Of a stretch of 64,000 nt of DNA, positions 46,868 through 59,923 are shown piece after piece. The notes under the pieces were generated by a model, which saw only the letters and a program-made list of their open reading frames with translations, was not told the DNA's origin and ran no database searches. The translations under genes were made by a program, and so were the position numbers. This DNA is from Phyllobates terribilis (Eukaryota): NCBI RefSeq assembly GCF_046119375.1, contig NW_027362772.1, positions 311,488,001-311,552,000 of the forward strand, in the 5' to 3' direction. The first letter of the stretch is position 1. Each line of letters opens with the position of its first letter.

Positions 46868-48478
46868 CTGCACTCACTATTCTGCTGGTGCAGTCACTGT
46901 GTACATACATTACATTACTGATCCTGAGTTACATCCTGTATTATACTCCAGAGCTGCACTCACTATTCTGCTGGTGCAGTCACTGTGTACATACATTACA
47001 TTACTGATCCTGAGTTATATCCTGTATTATACTCCAGAGCTGCGCTCACTATTCTGCTGGTGCAGTCACTGTGTACATACATTACATTACTCATCCTGAG
47101 TTACATCTTGTATTATACTTCAGAGCTGCACTCACTATTCTGCTGGTGCAGTCACCGTGTACATACATTACATTACTGATCCTGAGTTACATCCTGTATT
47201 ATACTCCAGAGCTGCACTCACTATTCTGCTGGTGCAGTCACTGTGTACATACATTACATTACTGACCCTGAGTTACCTCCTGTATTATACTCCAGAGCTG
47301 CACTCACTATTCTGCTGGTGCAGTCACTGTGTACATACTGTACATTACATTACTGATCCTGAGTTACATCCTGTATTATACTCCAGAGCTGCACTCACTA
47401 TTCTGCTGGTGCAGTCACTGTGTACATACATTACATTACTGATCCTGAGTTATATCCTGTATTATACTCCAGAGCTGCGCTCACTATTCTGCTGGTGCAG
47501 TCACTGTGTACATACATTACATTACTCATCCTGAGTTACATCTTGTATTATACTCCAGAGCTGCACTCACTATTCTGCTGGTGCAGTCACCGTGTACATA
47601 CATTACATTACTGATCCTGAGTTACATCCTGTATTATACTCCAGAGCTGCACTCACTATTCTGCTGGTGCAGTCACTGTATACATACATTACATTACTGA
47701 TCCTGAGTTACATCCTGTATTATACGCCAGAGCTGCACTCGTTATTCTGCTGGTGCAGTCACTGTGTACATACATTACATTACTGATCCTGAGTTACATC
47801 CTGTATTATACTCCAGAGCTGCACTCACTATTCTGCTGGTGTAGTCACTGTGTACATACATTACTGATCCTGAGTTACATCCTGTATTATACTCCAGAGC
47901 TGCACTCACTATTCTGCTGGTACAGTCACTGTGTACATACATTACATTACTGATCCTGAGTTATATATCCTGTATTATCCTCCAGAGCTGCACTCAGTAT
48001 TCTGCTGGTGCAGTCACTGTGTACATACATTACATTACTGATCCTGAGTTACATCCTGTATTATCCTCCAGAGCTGCACTCACTATTCTGCTGGTGTAGT
48101 CACTGTGCACATACATTACATTACTGATCCTGAGTTACCTCCTGTATTATACCCCAGAGCTGCACTCACTATTCTGCTGGTGCAGTCACTGTGCACATAC
48201 ATTACATTACTGATCCTGAGTTACCTCCTGTATTATACTCCAGAGCTGCACTCACTATTCTGCTGGTGCAGTCACTGTGTACATACATTACAACTACCAC
48301 AATGCAGCACCAGTCAGTGTGTACAGACACTGAACAAGTAACTATCAGCCAGGATATCTGATGTCTGCAGCTGCACTATGAATGCAGCTCTGGCTGTGAC
48401 TGACACATGTGAAGCTTCTGCTTTATTCATTTCCTTTGAAACAAATCTTCATTATTATTTTTTTTTAGGCTTTTGGAA

Positions 48479-49049
48479 ATGGGTTCAAGGGAGAGTAAAT
48501 CCAAGTCGCCCCCCAGGATTCTTGCGAGTCTGGACCATGGGAGCAGAATCAGAGCCGTGACCAGCGGCCGCAGTATGCCAATGCAGCCAGTGCAGTCCAC
48601 TAGTCGTGCGCCCGTCCCTGTGTGGCCGGACAGCAGCGTGCGCTGGCAGAGTCAGTACGATGTCTACATCTGCCACAGCGAGGCCGACGGCTCTTATGCC
48701 ATGGAGATGCTGTCATACCTGGAGCAGCAGCCAGAGAAGCTGCGCTGCTTCCTACCCATGAGGGACATGCAGGCGGGGGGTCCGATACCCTCGGAGATGT
48801 GCAGCGGCTTAGAAAGCAGCCACTGCTGGGTGATGCTGCTGACCCCACAGTTCCTCTCTGATAGCTGGTGTAAATACCAGATGCACCAGTTCCTGGCACA
48901 AGCGCCATGCTCCAATGGGCGATTAATCCCGGTTATCATTGGACTGTCATTTGCGCAGTACCCATCAGTAGTGAAGCATATGTATGCCATCAAGGGCGCG
49001 CTCAGTGACCCCAGTGTGTTCTCAAAAGTCAAAGAAGCCATAGTAACAT
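48479..49049 (+). CDS. TIRAP: TIR domain-containing adaptor protein (Mal), main coding exon; terminal exon not identified
   Basis: RWQSQYDVYICHSEAD..LRCFLPMRDMQAGGPIPSEMCSGLESSHCWVMLLTPQFLSDSWCKYQM..KVKEAIVT matches the TIRAP TIR domain. Acceptor at 48468, donor T|GTAAGT at 49049/49050; syntenic with SRPRA and FOXRED1. Confidence 0.92.
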
Positions 49050-49072
49050 GTAAGTACAATTCTCCAAATCCC

Positions 49073-52000
49073 CAGCTGTATACAGAAATACATGATAAAA
49101 TTGTATCTGCAGCCACCACTAGGGGGAGCTCCCTGTATACAGAGATAGATGATGAGATTCTGTCTGCAGCCACCACTAGGGGGAGCTCCCTGTATACAGA
49201 GATACATGATAAGATCCTGTCTACAGCCACCACTAGGGGGAGCTCCCTGTATACAGAGATACATGGTAAGATTCTGTCTGCAGCCACCACTAGGGGGAGC
49301 TCCCTGTTTACAGAGATACATGATAAGATTCTGTCTACAGCCACCACTAGGGGGAGCTCCCTGTTTACAGAGATACATGATAAGATTCTGTCTACAGCCA
49401 CCACTAGGGGGAGCTCCCTGTATACAGAGATACATGATAAGATTCTGTCTACAGCCACCACTAGGGGGAGCTCCCTGTATACAGAGATACATGATAAGAT
49501 TCTGTCTGCAGCCACCACTAGGGGGAGCTCCCAGTATACAGAGATACATGATAAGATCCTCTCTGCACTAACCACTACGTGGAGCTCCCTGTATACAGAG
49601 ATACATGATAAGATTGTGTCTGCAGCCACCACTAGGGGGAGCTTCCTGTATTCAGAGATACATGATAAGATCCTGTCTGCAGCCACCACTAGAGGGAGCT
49701 CCCTGTATACAGATAAATGATAAGATTCTGTCTGCTGCCAGCACTAGGGGGAGCTCCCTGTATACAGAGATACATTATAAGATTGTGTCTGCAGCCACCA
49801 CTAGGGGGAGCTTCCTGTATTCAGAGATACATGATAAGATTGTGTCTGCAGCCACCACTAGGGGGAGCTTCCTGTATACAGAGATACATGATAAGATTCT
49901 GTCTGCAGCCACCACTAGGGGGAGCTCCTGTATACAGAGATACATGATAAGATTCTGTCTGCAGCCACCACTAGGAGGAGCTCCCTGTATACAGAGATAC
50001 ATGATAAGATCCTGTCTGCAGCCACCACTAGGAGGAGCTCCCTGTATACAGAGATACATGATAAGATCCTGTCTGCAGTCACCACTAGGGGGAGCTCCCT
50101 GTATACAGAGATACATGATAAGATCCTGTCTGCAGCCACCACTAGGGAGAGCTCCCTGTATACAGAGATACATGATAAGATCCTGTCTGCAGCCACCAGT
50201 AGGGGGAGCTCCCTGTATACAGAGATACAAGATAAGATCCTGTCTGCAGTCACCACTAGGGGGAGCTCCCTGTATACAGAGATACATGATAAGATCCTGT
50301 CTGCAGCCACCACTAGGGGGAGCTCCCTGTATACAGAGACACATGATAAGATCCTGTCTGCAGCCACCACTAGGAGGAGCTCCCTGTATACAGAGATACA
50401 TGATAAGATCCTGTCTGCAGCCAGCACTAGGGGGAGCTCCCTGTATACAGAGACACATGATAAGATCCTGTCTGCAGCCACCACTAGGAGGAGCTCCCTG
50501 TATACAGAGATACATGATAAGATCCTGTCTGCAGTCACCACTAGGGGGAGCTCCCTGTATACAGAGATACATGATAAGATCCTGTCTGCAGCCACCGCTA
50601 GGGGGAGCTCCCTGTTTACAGAGATACATGATAAGATCCTGTCTGCAGCCAGCACTAGGGGGAGCTCCCTGTATACAGAGACACATGATAAGATTCTGTC
50701 TGCAGCCACCACTAGAGGGAGCTCCCTGTATACAGAGATACATGATAAGATCCTGTCTGCAGACACCGCTAGGGGGAGCTCCCTGTATACAGATACATGA
50801 TAAGATTCTGTCTGCAGTCACCACTAGGGGGAGCTCCCTGTATACAGAGATACATGATAAGATCCTGTCTGCAGCCACCAATAGGGGGAGCACCCTGTAT
50901 GCAGAGATACACGATAAGATTCTGTCTGTAGCCACCACTAGGGGGAGCTCCCTGTATATAGAGATACATGATAATATTCTGTCTGCAGCCACCACTAGGG
51001 GGAGCTCCCTGTATACAGAGATACATGATAAGATTCTGTCTGCAGCCACCACTAGGGGGAGCTCCCTGTATACAGAGATACATGATAAGATCCTGTCTGC
51101 AGCCACCACTAGGGGGAGCTCCCTGTATACAGAGATACAAGATAAGATCCTGTCTGCAGCCACCACTAGGGGGAGCTCCCTGTATATAGAGATACATGAT
51201 AATATTCTGTCTGCAGCCACCACTAGGGGGAGCTCCCTGTATACAGAGATACATGATAAGATCCTGTCTGCAGTCACCACTAGGGGGAGCTCCCTGTATA
51301 CAGAGGTACATGATAATATTCTGTCTGCAGCCACCAATAGGGGGAGCTCCCTGTATACAGACATACATGATAAGATTCTGTCTGCAGCCACCACTAGGGG
51401 GAGCTCCCTGTATATAGAGATACATGATAATATTCTGTCTGCAGCCACCACTAGGGGGAGCTTCCTGTATACAAAGATACATGATAAGATTCTGTCTGCA
51501 GTCACCACTAGGGGGAGCTCCCTGTATACAGAGATACATGATAAGATCCTGTCTGCAGCCACCACTAGGGGGAGCTCCCTGTATACAGAGATACATGATA
51601 AGATTCTGTCTGCAGCCATCACTAGGGGGAGCTCCCTGTATACAGAGATACATGATAACATTCTGTCTGTAGCCACCACTAGGGGGAGCTTCCTGTATAC
51701 AAAGATACATGATAAGATTCTGTCTGCAGTCACCACTAGGGGGACCTCCCTGTATACAGAGATACATGATAAGATCCTGTCTGCAGCCACCACTAGGGGA
51801 GCTCCCTGTATACAGAGATACATGATAAGATCCTGTCTGCAGCCACCACTAGGGGGAGCTCCCTGTATACAGAGATACATGATAAGATTCTGTCTGCAGC
51901 CACCACTAGGGGGAGCTCCCTGTATACAGAGGTACATGATAAGATTCTATCTGCAGCCACCAGTAGGGGGAGCTCCCTGTATACAGAGGTACATGATAAG

Positions 52001-52215
52001 ATTCTATCTGCAGCCACCAGTAGGGGGAGCTCCCTGTATACAGAGATGCATGATAAGATTCTATCTGCAGTCACCACTAGGGGGAGCTCCCTGTATACAG
52101 AGATACATGATAAGATCCTGTCTGCAGCCACCACTAGGGGGAGTTCCCTGTATACAGAGATACATGATAAGATCCTGTCTGCAGTCACCACTAGGGGGAG
52201 CTCCCTGTATACTGA
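49073..52215. repeat. 57-bp minisatellite in the TIRAP intron
   Basis: Unit ctgtatacagagatacatgataagattctgtctgcagccaccactagggggagctcc, ~55 copies. Confidence 0.97.
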
Positions 52216-52522
52216 TGTATACAGCTCTTATTGAATTAAATTAGTATTTAGTCTTCAGAAAGCTCCTTCTAGTGGTGACAACAGAAATAATAATGTTAAA
52301 GGGGTACTCCAGGGAGCTAAAAAAAAATTGTACTGTGTCTGCACTCATACACTAAAGGGGAGATGCCCAGTGCACTTTAATGATCTTTATATAACACTTG
52401 TAATTCTGTGTGACAGGAGCTGCTCCCCCCTGTGAGTAACAGCCTGAGAAGAGGGGCCATGGCCTGTGGCGGCCCCTCATATCTGTCTCTATTCAGTCCA
52501 AGAACAGATAGATAGAAACATA

Positions 52523-55500
52523 CAGGTGCATCTCACAAAATTAGAATATCATCAAAAAGTGAATTTATTTCAGTTCATCAATCCAAAAAGTGAAACTCCT
52601 ATATTATATAGAGTCATTACACGCAGAGCGATCTATTATATAGAGTCATTACACGCAGAGGGATCTATTATATAGAGTCATTACACGCAGAGGGATCTAT
52701 TATATAGAGTCATTACACACAGAGGGATCTATTATATAGAGTCATTACACGCAGAGCGATCTATTATATAGAGTCATTACACCCAGAGGGATCTATTATA
52801 TAGAGTCATTACACCCAGAGGGATCTATTATATAGAGTCATTACACACAGAGTGATCTATTATATAGAGTTATTACACCCAGAGGGATCTATTATATAGA
52901 GTCATTACACCCAGAGGGATCTATTATATAGAGTCATTACACCCAGAGGGATCTATTATATAGAGTCATTACACACAGAGGGATATATTATATAGAGTCA
53001 TTACACGCAGAGGGATCTATTATATAGAGTCATTACACACAGAGTGATCTATTATATAGAGTCATTACACACAGAGTGATCTATTATATAGAGTCATTAC
53101 ACCCAGAGGGATCTATTATATAGAGTCATTACACGCAGAGCGATCTATTATATAGAGTCATTACACCCAGAGGGATCTATTATATAGAGTCATTACACCC
53201 AGAGGGATCTATTATATAGAGTCATTACACACAGAGTGATCTATTATATAGAGTCATTACACCCAGAGGGATCTATTATATAGAGTCATTACACCCAGAG
53301 GGATCTATTATATAGAGTCATTACACCCAGAGGGATCTATTATATAGAGTCATTACACACAGAGGGATATATTATATAGAGTCATTACACGCAGAGGGAT
53401 CTATTATATAGAGTCATTACACCCAGAGGGATCTATTATATAGAGTCATTACACACAGAGTGATCTATTATATAGAGTCATTACACCCAGAGGGATCTAT
53501 TATATAGAGTCATTACACACAGAGTGATCTATTATATAGAGTCATTACACCCAGAGGGATCTATTATATAGAGTCATTACACACAGAGTGATCTATTATA
53601 TAGAGTCATTACACCCAGAGGGATCTATTATATAGAGTCATTACACCCAGAGGGATCTATTATATAGAGTCATTACACACAGAGTGATCTATTATATAGA
53701 GTCATTACACACAGAGGGATCTATTATATAGAGTCATTACACACAGAGGGATCTATTATTTAGAGTCATTACACACAGAGGGATCTATTATATAGTCATT
53801 ACACACAGAGGGATCTATTATATAGAGTCATTACACACAGAGTGATCTATTATATAGAGTCATTACACGCAGAGGGATCTATTATATAGAGTCATTACAA
53901 GCAGAGGGATCTATTATATAGAGTCATTACACGCAGAGGGATCTATTATATAGGGTCATTACACGCAGAGGGATCTATTATATAGAGTCATTACACGCAG
54001 AGGGATCTATTATATAGAGTCATTACACGCAGAGGGATCTATTATATATAGTCATTATGCGCAGAGGGATCTATTATATAGAGTCATTACGCGCAGAGGG
54101 ATCTATTATATAGAGTCATTACGCGCAGAGGGATCTATTATATAGAGTCATTACGCGCAGAGGGATCTATTATATAGAGTCATTATGCGCAGAGGGATCT
54201 ATTATATAAAGTCATTACGCGCAGAGGGATCTATTATATAGAGTCATTACACGCAGAGGGATCTATTATATAGAGTCATTACACGCAGAGGGATCTATTA
54301 CATAGAGTCATTACACGCAGAGGGATCTATTACATAGAGTCATTACACGCAGAGGGATCTATTATATAGAGTCATTACACGCAGAGGGATCTATTACATA
54401 GAGTCATTACACACAGAGGGATCTATTACATAGAGTCATTACACACAGAGGGATCTATTATATAGAGTCATTACACACAGAGGGATCTATTATATAGTCA
54501 TTACACACAGAGGGATCTATTATATAGAGTCATTACACACAGAGGTATCTATTATATAGAGTCATTACACACAGAGGGATCTATTATATAGAGTCATTAC
54601 ACACAGAGGGATCTATTCTATAGAGTCATTACACACAGAGGGATCTATTATATAGAGTCATTACACACAGAGGGATCTATTATATAGAGTCATTACACAC
54701 AGAGGGATCTATTATATAGAGTCATTACACACAGAGGGATCTATTATATAGAGTCATTACACGCAGAGGGATCTATTATATAGAGTCATTACACGCAGAG
54801 GGATCTATTATATAGAGTCATTACATGCAGAGGGATCTATTATATAGAGTCATTACACGCAGAGGGATCTATTATATAGAGTCATTACACGCAGAGGGAT
54901 CTATTACATAGAGTCATTACACACAGAGGGATCTATTACATAGAGTCATTACACACAGAGGGATCTATTATATAGAGTCATTACACACAGAGGGATCTAT
55001 TATATAGTCATTACACACAGAGGGATCTATTATATAGAGTCATTACACACAGAGGTATCTATTATATAGAGTCATTACACACAGAGGGATCTATTATATA
55101 GAGTCATTACACACAGAGGGATCTATTATTTAGAGTCATTACACACAGAGGGATCTATTATATAGAGTCATTACACACAGAGGGATCTATTATATAGAGT
55201 CATTACACGCAGAGGGATCTATTATATAAAGTCATCACAGACAGAGGGATCTATTATATAGAGTCATTACACGCAGAGGGATCTATTATATAGAGTCATT
55301 ACACACAGAGGGATCTATTATATAGAGTCATTACACACAGAGGGATCTATTATATAGAGTCATTACACACAGAGGGATCTATTATATAGAGTCATTACAC
55401 ACAGAGGGATCTATTATATAGAGTCATTACACACAGAGGGATCTATTATATAGAGTCATTACACACAGAGGGATCTATTATATAGAGTCATTACACACAG

Positions 55501-56833
55501 AGGGATCTATTATATAGAGTCATTACACGCAGAGCGATCTATTCTATAGAGTCATTACACGCAGAGGGATCTATTATATAGAGTCATTACACGCAGAGGG
55601 ATCTATTATATAGAGTCATTACACGCAGAGGGATCTATTATATAGAGTCATTACACGCAGAGTGATCTATTATATAGAGTCATTACACGCAGAGTGATCT
55701 ATTATATAGAGTCATTACACGCAGAGGGATCTATTATATAGAGTCATTACACACAGAGGGATCTATTATATAGAGTCATTACACGCAGAGGGATCTATTA
55801 TATAGAGTCATTACACGCAGAGGGATCTATTATATAGTCATTACACGCAGAGGGATCTATTATATAGAGTCATTACACACAGAGGGATCTATTATATAGA
55901 GTCATTACACACAGAGGGATCTATTATATAGAGTCATTACACACAGATGGATCTATTATATAGAGTCATTACACACAGAGGGATCTATTATATAGAATCA
56001 TTACACACAGGGGGATCTATTATATAGAGTCATTACACACAGAGGGATCTATTATATAGAGTCATTACACACAGAGGGATCTATTATATAGAGTCATTAC
56101 ACACAGAGGGATCTATTATATAGAGTCATTACACACAGAGGGATCTATTATATAGAGTCATTACACGCAGAGCGATCTATTATATAGAGTCATTACACGC
56201 AGAGGGATCTATTATATAGAGTCATTACACGCAGAGGGATCTATTATATAGAGTCATTACACGCAGAGTGATCTATTATATAGAGTCATTACACGCAGAG
56301 TGATCTATTATATAGAGTCATTACACACAGAGGGATCTATTATATAGAGTCATTACACACAGAGGGATCTATTATATAGAGTAATTACACGCAGAGGGAT
56401 CTATTATATAGAGTCATTACACGCAGAGGGATCTATTATATATAGTCATTACACGCAGAGGGATCTATTATATAGAGTCATTACACACAGAGCGATCTAT
56501 TATATAGAGTCATTACACACAGAGGGATCTATTATATAGAGTCATTACATACAGGGGGATCTATTATATAGAGTCATTACACACAGAGGGATCTATTATA
56601 TAGAGTCATTACACACAGAGGGATCTATTATATAGAGACATTACACACAGAGGGATCTATTATATAGAGTCATTACACACAGGGGGATCTATTATATAGA
56701 GTCATTACACACAGAGGGATCTATTATATAGAGTCATTACACACAGAGGGATCTATTATATAGAGTCATTACACACAGAGGGATCTATTTCACGTGTTTA
56801 TTTCTGTTAATGTCGATGATTATTGCTTACAGC
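52523..56833 (+). mobile_element. Tc1-like DNA transposon 5' terminal fragment containing a 4.2-kb 32-bp tandem expansion
   Basis: TA|CAGGTGCATCTCACAAAATTAGAATATCATCAAAAAG start resembles fish/frog Tc1 ends as I recall them; the element-like sequence resumes after the array (TATTTCACGTGTTTATTTCTGTTAATG..TTACAGC). Confidence 0.7.
52602..56789. repeat. 32-bp AT-rich minisatellite, ~130 copies
   Basis: Unit tattatatagagtcattacacacagagggatc. Confidence 0.97.
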
Positions 56834-59800
56834 TAGTGATGAGCTCGCAGACAATTTCCGGGTTGCTCGGTGGAAGCTCGGGTCCCCTCCTTGCATGTTT
56901 GGCGCTCTTTACAGAGCCAATGAACTTGCAGGGATTGCCTGCCATGCACTGTAATGCCGTAGCCATGTTGGTTGTGGGCATTACAGTGATTGGCTGGCCG
57001 CACAGCGTCATCAGGTCTATATAAGACCTGGCACCGCCATGCTCGTCACAGTCACTCCGGATCAGACAGTGTAGGGAGAGCTGCTGCTGTGTCAGGGAGA
57101 GATTTGCTTGTGTATTAGGTGGTGTAGGGAGAAAAACCGTACATTACACATATCCATCTTAACAAACAGTCCTTCTGAGGACTAATCCATCTGCAGAGAT
57201 ATCAGGCAGGCAGTGTATATAGGCAGGCAGGCAGGGTATATAGCAGACTGCAGTGCATATAGCACAAGAGGCTCCATTCCAGTTCTGCCTTCTGCTGCTG
57301 TTAGATATTTCTAGACATAACCCCAGGTCTCAGGGGCCAGGAATAATTTTTTTTTGTATCTTAATCCTCATTATTTGTTTAAAAAGCAATCCAGAGAACA
57401 CCGTTTTTCTGTGTCATTTGCCAGGTCCTTTCCATATTACAGAGCTAAAAATCCAGCTATTTAAAACTGTGGTTTGTCCGTCACATGGATCACATATAAT
57501 TGCGCTGAAAATACTGCCATTTCTGGCCTCCATTAAAAATTTGTTTCAGTGTGTCAGTGAAGCTATTGACACCAGTTTGCTGTTCAAAATAGTTACCTAC
57601 AGGCCAGGTATTTAAAACTGTGGTTTGTCTGTCACACAGATCACATATAAATTCGCTCCAAATTCAGACATTTGTAGTGAGCGTGGAAGATATTATCCTC
57701 CATTTAAAATGGTGCATGCAGAGGCCGAGGCCGTGGGCAAGCTGAAATTGTGCCACAACAAACACCCACATCTTCTCGCTCAACCTTCCTGTCCCAATTA
57801 ATAGGGGACCGCAGCACACCACTATTGAACCCAGAGCAGTGTGAAAAGGTTATTAGTTGGATAGCAGATAATGCTTCCAGTCACTTAGCCACCACCACCC
57901 TGTCTTCCACACGGTCAAGTCTCAGTAGCCGTGAGTCTGGACCGCATATTCCTCACCCTGATCCTCCATCCTCCCACCATGCCGAGTGCCCAGAGACAAC
58001 TGATCCCACACTTGGACACTCTGAAGAGCTGTTCACTTTTCCATTTATAGATTCGGGCCTCTCGCCCGGTCCACTTGAAGTGGGGCATGAGGAGATGGCA
58101 TGTAGCGATGCCCAAATATTTGAGCAGTCACGGTCACACGAAAGCGACGGTGGGAAAGTGACACAAGAGGTGGATGATGATGAGACACAATTGCCAGAAA
58201 GTCAGGAGGAGGACCAGGGTGCGGAAGTGGAAGACGAGGTGGTGGATGATATAGTAACTGACCCAACCTGGCAGGAGGACATGCAGAGCGGGGCCAGCAG
58301 CACACAGGGGGAGGTAGGCAGAGCACCCCAACAGGCAGGAAGAAGCAGTGTGGTGGCCGCAGAGAGAAGGTGGGCAACCGCTCCCTGTAACACCAACACG
58401 AAGGAAGTTGCCAATACAACTGTTAGGTCTTCCCGAGTCTTGGTGTTTCTTAAAGACTCTGCCAATAACCCCAAAAAAGGCCATTTGCACCACCTGCCAG
58501 GCCAGTATCAGCAGGGGTGGCAAAACGACCAGCCTGACCACCACCAGCATGATCAGGCACATGGCAGCAAAGCACCCGACTAAGTGGGCCGAGCCCCAGG
58601 GTCCAGGAACAGTGTCTGCAGGTGGCACCATTGTTTCTTCCGCTGTTGTGCGTGCAAGCCAATCCCCTGTCCATGTGAAGACTCCTCCTGCCCTGCACCT
58701 GTCGTTGCGCACTCTCAAGAAGCAGCATCAGGAAGCACGTCCACATCCTTGTCCCAGCGCAGCGTTCAGTTGTCCATACCCCAGTCCTTGGAACGCAAGC
58801 GCAAATATGCAGCCAACGCCCCACAGGCCACACTACTAAATTCTCACATTTCGCGACTGCTTGCACTCGAAATGTTGCCTTTTAGGCTCATGGAGATGGA
58901 AGCATTCCGCAACCTGATGGCGGTGGCTGTCCCTCAGTACTCTGTCCCCAGCCTCCACTATTTCTCCCGGTGTGTCGTCCCCGCATTACACAAGCACGTG
59001 TCCCAAAACATTAGCCGTGCCCTCAACAACGCAGTTACCGGGAAAGTCCACCTAACCACGGACACGTGGACAAGTGGTTGTGGACAGGGATGGTACATCT
59101 TGCTGACGGCACACTGGGTTAACATAGTGGAAGCCGGGACCCAGTTGGACCTTGTGACGGAACACGTCCTCCCGACGCCAAGGATTGCAGGCCCTAGGTC
59201 AATCAGGGTTTCCACCACAGTCTACAGCTCCTGCACCTCAGCCTCCTCCTCCTCTTCAGCCTCCATCTCCGAAATGACCACATCAGTCACAAGCTGGAAG
59301 CACTGCAGCCCTGCCTCGACCAAGCGGCAACAGGCTGTGCTGAAGCTAATATGCTTAGATGACAAACCACACAATGCTGTGGCTCACACCGCTGAACCTA
59401 CAGTCTACACACATAAGACCTCAGGAGTGGACATGGATGTCAGACATATGTACCATCCTCCAAAACTTTGAGGACTCCACCAAGATGGTGAGCGGCGATG
59501 ACGCCATAATTAGAGTCACCATCCCTCTTCTCTGTCTTCTGAAATGCTCACTGCTCACAATCAAAGAGGATGCATTGCAGGCAGAGCACGATGAGATGGA
59601 GCAAGGAACCATACAGAATGATTACACACAGCCAAGCCTCATCTCTTCCCAACGTGGATTGGGTGATAATGAGGAAGAGGAGGAGGAAGAACAGGAGCTA
59701 GTTTCATGCGCTATAGACTGTACTACCTGCACAACTGTCATACCGTCTGTTCAGCGTGGATGGCCAGAGGACAGAGAGGAGGAGGAGGAGGAGAGCATGG

Positions 59801-59923
59801 TCACTCGTCCTCTTGGTGAGGACACGGAAGTCTTGCCTGTTAGTAGTCTGGCACGCATGGCTGAGTTTATGTTACGCTGCCTTTCCCATGACCCTCGCGT
59901 TCTCAAAATTTTGGCTGACAGTC
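56834..59923 (+). mobile_element. Defective hAT DNA transposon (zf-BED transposase pseudogene ~57700-59920), interrupted by Gypsy
   Basis: TAGTGATGAGC terminus; BED finger (KAICTTCQ..SMIRHMAAKH); KVHLTTDTWTS..LTAHWV catalytic motif; multiple frameshifts and an internal deletion removing the CxxH and WNST regions. Confidence 0.85.

Larger units (their letters stand above)
36185..48290. repeat. 86-bp satellite array interrupted by two LTR elements (satellite segments 36185-37011, 41701-42093, 46868-48290)
   Basis: Same unit as 7033-9735; unit register continues across both insertions once the 4-bp TSD is removed. Confidence 0.95.
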
